Positions 27,298-35,801 of a stretch of DNA of 62,233 nt are shown one piece after another. The DNA comes from a virus. Its lineage: Duplodnaviria > Caudoviricetes. Within the stretch, counting starts at the first letter, position 1; each line of letters starts with the position of its first letter. Below the pieces are notes generated by a model. That model saw only the letters and a list, made by a program, of their open reading frames with translations. It did not search any database and was not told where the DNA came from. The position numbers and the translations under genes were made by a program. The stretch lies in the IMG/VR virus record IMGVR_UViG_3300025030_000016, positions 1-62,233 of that record; one strand, written 5' to 3'.

Positions 27298-28002
27298 TTA
27301 GCCTCCGAAATAGAAACATCTGCAGTACTCCAGCACGGCGTCCGCGTCCTCGCGGTCCAAGATCAGCTCCTCCCAGCTGGTAAACCAGTCCTGGAAATAG
27401 ATCAAAGCGCGGTCGGGCTCGTTGTACTGGTTCAGCTCGCCCCATATCTTGACGGCCGGGCCGCCGGTGCAGAGCAGTATCTCGAATTCGCTGTCTTCGG
27501 CCTCCTCGCCGGGGCTGTGCCAGTCACTGCGGACCTGCACGCTTAGCGCGTCCTCTTCGATCCTGCGGCGCGCCTCCTCCGGGTCTTCGCAGTCGCCGGC
27601 GGCTTCGATCAATTCGGCGAGCTCGTCGGCGTACTCCTCTTTCCACTCGTCAATGTCGGTTTGCGCTGCCGTGCGATCTTCCTCATCATCTGCATCTACG
27701 ATGCGCGCCTGCAGTGAGTCAAGATCCCCCTCCAACTCCTCCAGCCGGTCGTAATCGCATAGGTACGCGGCTACCATCTCCTTGATGCTCGAAAGCTGCG
27801 CTTTTGCCTGCTCTCTTGCAGCTGCATTCTTGTCTTCTTTTTTCGGTTCCGGCTGGTCGAGCAGCGCGCGGACGCCGGTTGCGGCCTGGTTGACGGCGGT
27901 CAATGCCTCCTGCGGTATCCATGCGCCGGGGCGGGTTGCGTCTGCTATCAGGTTCAGCAGGTCGTTTATTGCGACAGTGGTTTTAGGGTCACGGTAAGTC
28001 AT
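27298..28002 (-). CDS. Highly acidic early protein
   Basis: RBS AGGAGG; Asp/Glu-rich; ILLCTGGPAV...FQDWF. Confidence 0.8.
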   Translation of the reverse strand: MTYRDPKTTVAINDLLNLIADATRPGAWIPQEALTAVNQAATGVRALLDQPEPKKEDKNAAAREQAKAQLSSIKEMVAAYLCDYDRLEELEGDLDSLQARIVDADDEEDRTAAQTDIDEWKEEYADELAELIEAAGDCEDPEEARRRIEEDALSVQVRSDWHSPGEEAEDSEFEILLCTGGPAVKIWGELNQYNEPDRALIYFQDWFTSWEELILDREDADAVLEYCRCFYFGG

Positions 28003-28035
28003 TTTTGTTTCCTCCTGGCGCCGTGGCGCGGTTGG

Positions 28036-28692
28036 TTAGGTCCTGCTGCCGTCCACGTAAAACTCGTACTCATTGGCTCTGATTGCCTCGTCGACGTTTT
28101 CGTCAGAATAGATCCAATCGTTTTCCTGCTCCAGCTGCGAATAGATCCAGTCCGCGAAGTCGCGCATCAGCTGCGCCAAGGTCTCCTCCTGGTCCTCGGT
28201 CACCTCGCGCTCGTCGCTTCTCTCCACGTCGACGGACATAGTCCCGGAATGACTGTAGTAATTGGAGTTATGGCCGCGGCCCATGCGCGCGGTCAAGGTG
28301 TAGAAAGCGGGGCGCTGCAGATCCTGGAGCTGTCGAGCGATTCTCAAAAGCTCGCGGTCTCCCTTACTGGCATCCTCGCGGCCGGCGCCGGTCTCGGCAA
28401 GAATCGCTTTAACCGTGCCTTTCTTGTACTCATAGCGACCCTCGAAGCTGGCGCCGTCTCCCTGCGAGCAGAAACCGGACCAATAGATCAAGGGCTCCGA
28501 GCCCTCGTACCCGTAGCTGTTTTTCCAGGACCTGGTTTCGATCTCGATCCCCAGCAATTCAGCCATGCGGGCGGCGTCCTCAATCACGGCGCTGTAATCG
28601 TCAACGCATCCGCGCCACCATTCGCGCGCCTTCTCTTTGGCGTCGTCACTCAGCTCGTCGAACATGTAAACCATCTTGGTCTCCTGTCTCAT
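28036..28692 (-). CDS. Acidic early protein resembling a plasmid/ICE family often annotated as antitoxin of a stability system
   Basis: VYMFDELSDDAKEKAREWW...IYWSGFCSQGDGASFEG...ANEYEF. Confidence 0.7.
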   Translation of the reverse strand: MRQETKMVYMFDELSDDAKEKAREWWRGCVDDYSAVIEDAARMAELLGIEIETRSWKNSYGYEGSEPLIYWSGFCSQGDGASFEGRYEYKKGTVKAILAETGAGREDASKGDRELLRIARQLQDLQRPAFYTLTARMGRGHNSNYYSHSGTMSVDVERSDEREVTEDQEETLAQLMRDFADWIYSQLEQENDWIYSDENVDEAIRANEYEFYVDGSRT

Positions 28693-28727
28693 TTTCGGGC
28701 CCTCCCTGGTAATTTCGATCTGAGAAA

Positions 28728-28755
28728 ACTATAGCACATTACTGTAATTATGCAA
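28728..28755 (-). promoter_or_regulatory. Early promoter
   Basis: TTGCAT-16-TATAGT with extended TG and an A-rich UP-like tract. Confidence 0.6.
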
Positions 28756-28759
28756 TTTA

Positions 28760-29355
28760 TTTATTCTTGCCGGTCCTGGAGGACCAGGCCTGCTCGACCC
28801 CGGCCTGGAGGTCGGTCGACCACTAAGCCTAAGTTTTGTAAAGTAGTTGATTACTAAGATAAAGAGTTGTGTAAAGTTTTGGTCGCTTTTTCGAGGCCCA
28901 AACGGAGGGGTTATTCAAAGCATAGTGCGCTTGAACATTAGAGGTCAAATTATATAGTTTGATCTATTTTGAATAATGGTAAAATATATGCGTAATTTTT
29001 TAAGTTGGAATGCACTGAAAATATGTAGAATTAGCTGGAGTTCGCTAGCTCTGCGTTCAAGGAATCCACAGGCGCAGATGCCCACGGTAAGCGGGTCCAC
29101 GTTTTGATGTATTATTATTATAGGTTGTAGAGACTAATATCCTAAAAAAAAACTAGACCTAAAATCGACTTGAGATTTTACATATTTTCAAACTACACAT
29201 TAGAAGGCTGTTTGAATAACGTGTAAAATCCAAAAACGATTGGGGTCTCTGTCAGAAAATCGCGTGCTTTTATACTACTTAACTTTGATTTAAATTCAAA
29301 ACGCACCTAAACCCGCACCCCCGCACAACTTTATTTCTCAAACGCAATAGTAAAA
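28760..29355. other. AT-rich divergent non-coding region, candidate replication origin or control region
   Basis: Longest and most AT-rich intergenic stretch; transcription diverges here; inverted repeats. Confidence 0.5.
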
Positions 29356-29359
29356 TTAC

Positions 29360-29388
29360 TTGCCCTAGATTGGTTTTTATGCTATCTA
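29360..29388 (+). promoter_or_regulatory. Promoter for the 29419 gene
   Basis: TTGCCC-17-TATCTA with extended TG. Confidence 0.45.
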
Positions 29389-29418
29389 ACTTAAAACGAC
29401 CGAAAAGGAGGCAAAATC

Positions 29419-30474
29419 ATGGCTCGACCTGCCAAATCCGAACTCCGCAGTTCCATAAGATTCCGCCGCGTGGAACTCATCCTCGAACACCCGTTGGCCG
29501 CAGCCACCAAGATCAACCAGATGCTCGCCGAAGAGTTCAACGTCTCGGTCCAGACCATCTGGTATCATCTGCGTGTGGACAGCTCCGACGACAAGCGCAC
29601 CAAGTACACCCAGCAGGAGCGCGACAAGTTCTGCTCCATGACGCGCAAACAGCTGCTCCTCTACGCCACGCAGAACGACCTGAACTTCAACACGCTCTAC
29701 GCTATGGTGTGGCGCGAGAAGTCGAAAGGGTTCAGCAACAAGATGCGCACCGAGGATTATGTGGAGGTATGCGAGAGGCGCAACTTCATGGACTTTGGGC
29801 GGCTCGCCGACCTGAAAGCGTTCCACCACCCTCGGGACGCCTACAAAGAGGCTAAAAAGGCTGTCCAGAGCGTCCAGAGCATGGATCTTCTGGCCCCTAA
29901 CTTCCTGGTCCACCCGCCCTCTCGAAAATATTACATCCTAAGCCTAAGCGAGCAACGCTTCCTCCTGACGAATCCCCGCAGGTTCCTGCGTGAGAACGCC
30001 CAGCGTATCTCGGAGAACTGGAAGAGCTACGACGACCGCGACAGCTATTTCGTCCTTCTGGATGCCCGCTTTGCGGACTCGCACCATGAGGGCAAGACCT
30101 TGAGCGTTCACAGCACCTTCGAGAACGCGGCCCATGCGGCATCGGCCAAGGCTCACTCGGAGAACCCCGTCCCCACCAAGATCATCCGCAGGTATGGCTC
30201 GGCGAAAGGCGCCGCCTGTGTCCGGTACGAGGTGGGAGAGTACGTGCCTAAGCGTGGCCTGGACGCCGCACCTTTGAGCCCGTCCCAAACCATCGAGTTC
30301 ATCCCGGACACCAAGGCGGTGACTCCCGGGACTCAACCGGCTATCTCATCCGCCGCGATAGATCATGCTCTGGACTCCCTCCTCGTGGACGAAGACGCAC
30401 CCAGCGAGAACCTGGCCGAACTCACTCCCGAGGAGTGGGAGGAAGAGGATCGCATGGCAAAAATAAATTTGTAA
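29419..30474 (+). CDS. Hypothetical protein with possible N-terminal HTH and acidic tail
   Basis: RBS AAGGAGG; LAEEFNVSVQTIWYHL is HTH-like. Confidence 0.7.
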   Translation: MARPAKSELRSSIRFRRVELILEHPLAAATKINQMLAEEFNVSVQTIWYHLRVDSSDDKRTKYTQQERDKFCSMTRKQLLLYATQNDLNFNTLYAMVWREKSKGFSNKMRTEDYVEVCERRNFMDFGRLADLKAFHHPRDAYKEAKKAVQSVQSMDLLAPNFLVHPPSRKYYILSLSEQRFLLTNPRRFLRENAQRISENWKSYDDRDSYFVLLDARFADSHHEGKTLSVHSTFENAAHAASAKAHSENPVPTKIIRRYGSAKGAACVRYEVGEYVPKRGLDAAPLSPSQTIEFIPDTKAVTPGTQPAISSAAIDHALDSLLVDEDAPSENLAELTPEEWEEEDRMAKINL

Positions 30475-30508
30475 AGTTGTTGACAAGCACAGAGGTGCAT
30501 GGTAAAGT
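30472..30508 (+). promoter_or_regulatory. Promoter (extended -35 family)
   Basis: TAAAGTTGTTGACA-17-TAAAGT. Confidence 0.7.
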
Positions 30509-30538
30509 TCTTAAAACGATGAACTACAGGAGGCACCG

Positions 30539-30685
30539 ATGAAAGACCCTAAAGAACCCAAACCCGCACCCCACGTCATGCCCTCCCGCTTCACCGCCGC
30601 CTACGATCAGAACCGCGACAGGTTCTACGGGTTGGAGCGTAACCCTTACACCGGGAAGGTCGAGGACTGCAGGGATCGGGATTAA
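30539..30685 (+). CDS. 48-aa hypothetical protein
   Basis: RBS AGGAGG; MKDPKEPKPAPH... Confidence 0.5.
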   Translation: MKDPKEPKPAPHVMPSRFTAAYDQNRDRFYGLERNPYTGKVEDCRDRD

Positions 30686-30703
30686 CCCAAAGGAGACCCC
30701 CAA

Positions 30704-31003
30704 ATGAAAAAGATCCTCGCCTTGATCGCAGCCCTGCTCCTCACAGGCTGCGGCGCCGGAGTCGACTGGTTCCCCGACGCACAGAAGACTGAGACCGAAC
30801 CCGCCGGCACTTTCGTCCGCAGCGAGAGAAACCAGGGCACGCACGACTGGTTCACCACCACGACCGTGGGTGTCTTCCGCATGTACACCTCGACCAGGAT
30901 GGCCGACTCCGAGCCGGTCACGCTGGAGACCGTGAGAGACTCCCAGCAGATCCTGAGACGGAGCCTGAACGCGAGTTCAGGGCGGTGGGAGGTGAGGCTG
31001 TGA
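30704..31003 (+). CDS. Lipoprotein, possible superinfection exclusion
   Basis: MKKILALIAALLLTGC lipobox; RBS AAGGAG. Confidence 0.75.
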   Translation: MKKILALIAALLLTGCGAGVDWFPDAQKTETEPAGTFVRSERNQGTHDWFTTTTVGVFRMYTSTRMADSEPVTLETVRDSQQILRRSLNASSGRWEVRL

Positions 31004-31263
31004 AACGTCTTAAACCAGGCGAGTCTAAGAAGCACAAAGACAGCTGGAACTCATGGCTGCTCACGTTTGAAGTAGGCGAGTGCCGGTATGTGGAGACCAC
31101 CTACGAGGGTTACCCTGCCGCAATGCGGACCATCAACACACCGAAATCTCGACGTGGCAGCGTGCTTGAAGGGTGGAAGTTTTCGGTCAGTCTGTTTACG
31201 GCGGTGAGTGCCAGCGCCGCAAGTGATGTCAGGTATCTGATCTGCATTACGAGGGAGGCTTGA
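31000..31263 (+). CDS. Hypothetical protein
   Basis: GTGA overlap with the upstream stop. Confidence 0.55.
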   Translation: MKRLKPGESKKHKDSWNSWLLTFEVGECRYVETTYEGYPAAMRTINTPKSRRGSVLEGWKFSVSLFTAVSASAASDVRYLICITREA

Positions 31264-31265
31264 GA

Positions 31266-31400
31266 ATGCGTAGAATCCTGTGTTTTATCGGCTGGCATAC
31301 TTGGAAGTGGCGGCTCTACGGCCCCGACAAGAAGCCGCGCTTCGACATCCCTGCGGACGCGACATGTGAGCATTGCGGCGCGAGGTACGAAGAGAACTGA
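31266..31400 (+). CDS. 44-aa Zn-finger-like protein
   Basis: MRRILCFIGWHTW...CEHCG; RBS GGAGG. Confidence 0.5.
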   Translation: MRRILCFIGWHTWKWRLYGPDKKPRFDIPADATCEHCGARYEEN

Positions 31401-31423
31401 AACGATTCAGAGGAGATGCTGAA

Positions 31424-31573
31424 ATGGTCACCGAGAAGAACTTCCAAGCCTTCAAGAAGGCTTACGAGCAGGCGGTTAAGGACGGGGCCAAAGTCTTCAC
31501 ATTCGAGAGGCAGGACGTGTTGACGGACTATGCGAAATATCTGATTGAGTATTTGGAGAAGAACCGGACATAG
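31424..31573 (+). CDS. Small phage protein
   Basis: FTFERQDVLTDYAKYLIEYL; RBS AGGAG. Confidence 0.6.
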   Translation: MVTEKNFQAFKKAYEQAVKDGAKVFTFERQDVLTDYAKYLIEYLEKNRT

Positions 31574-31710
31574 AGCACGCAGGCTAAGCGATCGGCGGGT
31601 CGCGGCAGAAGGAAAAAACCTCGCTGTCGTCCTGCGGCTCCACACGAACCGCGGCCATCCGTAATAGTGCGGCTCTGGCTGCGGGACCATAAACCTAAAA
31701 GGAGCGAGGG

Positions 31711-31950
31711 ATGAGGGATGCTGTAGTCACGCTGAAGGTAGTACCTAAAGGCTATAACAGCCAAGTGATAGAACACTTAGAGCGGTTGTTGGCGCAGGCA
31801 AGATCTGGAGAGGTTTTTGAACTCACAGCGATAACCAAACTCAAGAGCGGAGAGTACGAGAGCAGTTGGACAGGCTGTGAGAACTTGGTGGAGCTCGCAG
31901 GACATCTTGAGCGATTGAAGCTGCAGATGCTTAGAAGGATGGACACCTAA
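31711..31950 (+). CDS. Hypothetical protein
   Basis: RBS AAGGAG; LERLLAQARSGE. Confidence 0.6.
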   Translation: MRDAVVTLKVVPKGYNSQVIEHLERLLAQARSGEVFELTAITKLKSGEYESSWTGCENLVELAGHLERLKLQMLRRMDT

Positions 31951-31975
31951 AATTCCACAACTAAAGGAGCCACGA

Positions 31976-32173
31976 ATGGATGAGACAATCAGGCCTGACA
32001 GCAGCATGATCGAGGAGTACAGCTACGACGATGAAACCCAGACCCTCACCGTCACCTTCTGCAAAGGCGGCACTTACTCCTACTCGGGAGTCCAGGAGGA
32101 GGTCTTCGAGTCGATGAAATCGGCGGACTCCGTGGGCAGGTTCTTCCTGCAGAACATCAAGGGGCAGTATTAG
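31976..32173 (+). CDS. KTSC domain protein
   Basis: SSMIEEYSYD...LTVTF..GGTYSY.GV...ADSVGRFF..NIKG.Y. Confidence 0.9.
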   Translation: MDETIRPDSSMIEEYSYDDETQTLTVTFCKGGTYSYSGVQEEVFESMKSADSVGRFFLQNIKGQY

Positions 32174-32178
32174 GAGGA

Positions 32179-32215
32179 TAAAGTTCTTGACACCGCCTCA
32201 AGACTCCCGTATAAA
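32179..32215 (+). promoter_or_regulatory. Promoter of the DNA polymerase gene
   Basis: TAAAGTTCTTGACA-17-TATAAA. Confidence 0.75.
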
Positions 32216-32249
32216 GAACTGAACAATAAGTTAGAAAGAGGTAAGGACC

Positions 32250-34235
32250 TTGGAGCTAGACTTTGACACACAGGTTTTGGGTTTCGACGTAGAGACACAG
32301 GGGCGGCTCCCAGAGTACGCCCTGCAGCCTTTCCGCTACCTTACAGGCGAAGCCTGGATCTCCGCCGCAGCGTGGACCAGAGGCGAAACCACTACAGGTA
32401 AGCTGTTCCCCAAGACTCCAGTCTTACGGCAGTCTTTCGAGATGGCTGTAGCCAAGGACCTTTACGTCTGCGGGTGGAACGTTGCTTTCGACGCCGCCTG
32501 GCTGATCGCCGCAGGGCTTGAGGATTTGGTGTTCAGAGTCAGATGGTTGGATGCCATGCTCATGTGGAAGCATTGGGTCGTGGCGCCTGAGCCTGACGAC
32601 GTGCCGGCGACCAAGCGGAAGTCCTACAAGCTGGAAGCCGCCATGCATGAGTTCTTTCCTGCGGAGGCAGGGTTCAAGGAGTTTACCAACTTCCAGACTC
32701 AGGATCCTGAGGAGTTGAAACGGCTGCTCTTCCGATGCCAGGAGGACACCCGCTTCGCGGTGCGGCTGGGCCAGATGTTCTGGGGGATGCTCACCTCGAA
32801 CCAGCGGCGTGCGGCCCTCATCGAGGCGCAGTGCATTCCGCAGGTAGCGAAGACCTTGGTACTAGGGATCAAGTCATCGCAGGAGCACGCCGAGGCATTG
32901 AAGGTGAAGCTGATCAAGGAAGGGGAGGCGGCCAAAGAGGCGCTGCGCGCAGCCAATCCGGGGATCGAGTTCGTGGAGAGCGGCCTCACGCCCAAGCAGT
33001 TGAAGACGATGAAAGCCGAGCACCCTGAGACTGATTTCGTAAACCTGGGAAGCCCTAAGCAGCTGGCGACTCTACTGTACCAGACGTGGGGCCTGCCGAT
33101 ACAGGGAGTCTCCAAGAAGACGCAGGAACCCAGCACCGACAAGTACGCCCTCTACGAGCTTGCCTTCATCGACCCGCGAGCGAAGCTCCTGAAGGACGTG
33201 CGCGAGGCCAAGGGTAACTGCACCAAGTACGCCGAAGGGACGTTGAAGAGTTTGGCCTACAACGGCGACGGTTTTGTGCGCCCTGGTGCGAGGATCTTCT
33301 CTACCTACTCGTCACGCATGACCTACAGCTCCAGCCAGAAACGTAAAGGCGACAAGGAGCAAGGCACCAAGAACGAGGAGTACCCGACAGGGATAGCTCT
33401 ACATCAGTGGAAGCGAGGTAAGGACTTCCGCAGACTGGTCAGACCTCCGGAAGGCTACTCTCTGGTGGAGCTCGACTTTGCCGGTCAGGAATTCGGCTGG
33501 ATGGCTGTAGCCTCCGGCGATGAGACCATGCTGAGCCTGCGCGAGCCTGGAGAGGATGCCCACAGCTACATGGGAGCGCAGATCGCCCAGATCGACTACC
33601 GCACTCTGATTCAGAGGGTGGCGGAGGACGATGCCGAGGCGAACCTGCAGAGAAAGTTGGGCAAGTTCAGTAACCTGTCCTTCCAGTACAGGATCGGCTC
33701 AAAAAGTGCGACGAAGAAAGCCCGGGTCGACTATGAGTTGGACATCGAGGAGGCTGCGGTCAAACAGTTCCTCGCCACCTACAAGGCGACCTTCATAAAA
33801 GTGTCAGGCGGCCCTGCAGGTATGGGGGGTTACTGGCAGACTCAGATTTACAAGTGCAAGCAGCTAGGCTATGCTGAGACCTTCGCCGGCCGCAGGGTGC
33901 AGCTCACGGGAAACTGGTCCGGGCGGGATGCCTGGCAAATGGAGAGTTCCGCTATCAACTACCCGATTCAAGGTACAGGCGGAGACCAGAAATACTTGGC
34001 CCTAGCCGTGGCTCGGAACCTGCTGCCGAAGTTCAACGGCTACTTCTACTTCGAGCTCCATGACGGTCTGTTCTTCATCTTCCCGCACGCTGTGGCTCGC
34101 AAAGCCGCTGAAACTTTCAAGTACGTGCTGTCGAACCTGCCGTACAAAAAGGCTTGGGGTGTGGACCTACCTATTACGTTCCCTGTGGACGCCAAAATCA
34201 GCACGGAGTCCTGGGGCGATTTGAAGAATCTTTAG
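32250..34235 (+). CDS. Family A DNA polymerase with 3'-5' exonuclease domain
   Basis: ExoI DVET, ExoII NVAFD, NLGSPKQL, motif A LDFAGQE, motif B RKLGKFSNLSFQY, NYPIQG, motif C LHDG. Confidence 0.92.
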   Translation: MELDFDTQVLGFDVETQGRLPEYALQPFRYLTGEAWISAAAWTRGETTTGKLFPKTPVLRQSFEMAVAKDLYVCGWNVAFDAAWLIAAGLEDLVFRVRWLDAMLMWKHWVVAPEPDDVPATKRKSYKLEAAMHEFFPAEAGFKEFTNFQTQDPEELKRLLFRCQEDTRFAVRLGQMFWGMLTSNQRRAALIEAQCIPQVAKTLVLGIKSSQEHAEALKVKLIKEGEAAKEALRAANPGIEFVESGLTPKQLKTMKAEHPETDFVNLGSPKQLATLLYQTWGLPIQGVSKKTQEPSTDKYALYELAFIDPRAKLLKDVREAKGNCTKYAEGTLKSLAYNGDGFVRPGARIFSTYSSRMTYSSSQKRKGDKEQGTKNEEYPTGIALHQWKRGKDFRRLVRPPEGYSLVELDFAGQEFGWMAVASGDETMLSLREPGEDAHSYMGAQIAQIDYRTLIQRVAEDDAEANLQRKLGKFSNLSFQYRIGSKSATKKARVDYELDIEEAAVKQFLATYKATFIKVSGGPAGMGGYWQTQIYKCKQLGYAETFAGRRVQLTGNWSGRDAWQMESSAINYPIQGTGGDQKYLALAVARNLLPKFNGYFYFELHDGLFFIFPHAVARKAAETFKYVLSNLPYKKAWGVDLPITFPVDAKISTESWGDLKNL

Positions 34236-34245
34236 GAGGGGCAGA

Positions 34246-34542
34246 ATGGACTCGTACTACAAAATCCTCAAAGATCTGCATCGCGCAAGGTATGCAGCTG
34301 CGTTAGAGGGCCGTCCCAGAGCGGAGTTCGCAGTCTACGTAGGCACTGAGGTGCATCGCAAACTGATGGCAGAGTCGCACGCAGTGCAGCTCTATCTTGG
34401 AGGCCTGCTGTCACTCGACCCAACTCTCGGTGGAGCGAAGCTGTACATCGTGGACAACCTGGAGGGCTACAAGATCCACGAGGACAGGCAGGTCTTGGAA
34501 TTGGTACGTCCTTCAGGGCGGTCGGAATTTAGGTTTGAATAA
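34246..34542 (+). CDS. Hypothetical protein
   Basis: RBS AGGAGG. Confidence 0.65.
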   Translation: MDSYYKILKDLHRARYAAALEGRPRAEFAVYVGTEVHRKLMAESHAVQLYLGGLLSLDPTLGGAKLYIVDNLEGYKIHEDRQVLELVRPSGRSEFRFE

Positions 34543-34554
34543 AGGAGGAATGAA

Positions 34555-35628
34555 ATGGTCACGATGTACCGCAAACACGTAAACGGCATCGGCACCTGGT
34601 CCATCGACCACAAAGGCGCCGTGATCACCATCTCCCACGCCACCGTGGAGGGAGGCCAGGAGGTAAGCCACCGGGAGACGGTGACCATGAACGCTTCCGG
34701 CCGCTCCCTGGAGGAGCAGGTTGCCCTGAGAATCCGGTCCCGCATTTCCCGCCAGCGGGACAGAGGCTACACCGACAGCCGCGAGGAGGCGCTCCAGGGG
34801 AAGACGAACCAGCTGGGGCTGCCGCTCCCCATGCTGGCGCAGCCCCTGAAGAAAGTGAAGAAGATCAACTATGAGGACGCCGTCCTCCAGCTGAAACTGG
34901 ACGGGCACCGCTGCCTCGCCACCAAGCAGGACGGCGAGATCCTGCTCTACAGCCGGCAAGGTAAGGCGATCACACTGCCTCACATCTCCGACTACCTCAA
35001 GCCGCGGCTCCCCGAGGGAACCTTCGTCGACGGCGAACTCTATCACCACGGCACGAAACTTCAGACCATCGGGAGCTGGATCAAGAAACAGCAGCCGGAG
35101 TCTCAGAAGCTCCGGTACTATGTCTACGACCTGATCTCGCAGGACACCTTTCGGGACCGGTACCAAGAGCTTTCGGACTTACTCCCCGACTGGCAGGACG
35201 CCGTTGACACCGACTGCCCTGCGAGGCTCCTGCCGTGCATCCCTTTCGATGCGTGGGATCAGTCCCGCCTCTTCTCCCACGCCCGCTCCCAAGGCTTCGA
35301 GGGGCTCATGCTGCGCACCAACGACACCTCCTACGAGGACGGTGTCCGGAGTAACTCGCTGATCAAGATCAAGGAGTTCCAGGACTGCGAGGTCACGGTG
35401 GAGGACATCGTCAAGGCGGAGAAGAGCGGGACGGTGATCTGCATCTGCCGCACCGACAGCGGCAAGGAGGTGAGACCGGTGGCACCAGGAAACCAGTGGG
35501 AAAAGTCGATGACCTACGAGCATCGAGAGAAATTCAAGGGGCGCAGGCTCACCATCGAGTACAGCATGTTGACCGACGACGGCGTACCTTTCCAGCCGGT
35601 GGCGAGGGAGTGGAGGGAGGATATATGA
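34555..35628 (+). CDS. ATP-dependent DNA ligase
   Basis: KLDGHR, SRQG, DGELY, YVYD, EGLMLR, KIK motifs; OB domain. Confidence 0.93.
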   Translation: MVTMYRKHVNGIGTWSIDHKGAVITISHATVEGGQEVSHRETVTMNASGRSLEEQVALRIRSRISRQRDRGYTDSREEALQGKTNQLGLPLPMLAQPLKKVKKINYEDAVLQLKLDGHRCLATKQDGEILLYSRQGKAITLPHISDYLKPRLPEGTFVDGELYHHGTKLQTIGSWIKKQQPESQKLRYYVYDLISQDTFRDRYQELSDLLPDWQDAVDTDCPARLLPCIPFDAWDQSRLFSHARSQGFEGLMLRTNDTSYEDGVRSNSLIKIKEFQDCEVTVEDIVKAEKSGTVICICRTDSGKEVRPVAPGNQWEKSMTYEHREKFKGRRLTIEYSMLTDDGVPFQPVAREWREDI

Positions 35629-35801
35629 TGGAGATAATGTGGGTGGCTGACACCCTCCACTCAACCTATCGCGTCCCATGCAACATATCAGGCGAGCCTG
35701 AGTTCGCGTTCAAGTTTAGAGAAGGTGCAGGAGTCAAGTTTAGGTACGAAGTCCGATCGCACGGCGAATTGAAGGCGTGCACATGGGAGGCGAAGCCGTG
35801 A
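35625..35801 (+). CDS. Small hypothetical protein
   Basis: ATGA and GTGA coupling on both sides. Confidence 0.5.
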   Translation: MMEIMWVADTLHSTYRVPCNISGEPEFAFKFREGAGVKFRYEVRSHGELKACTWEAKP

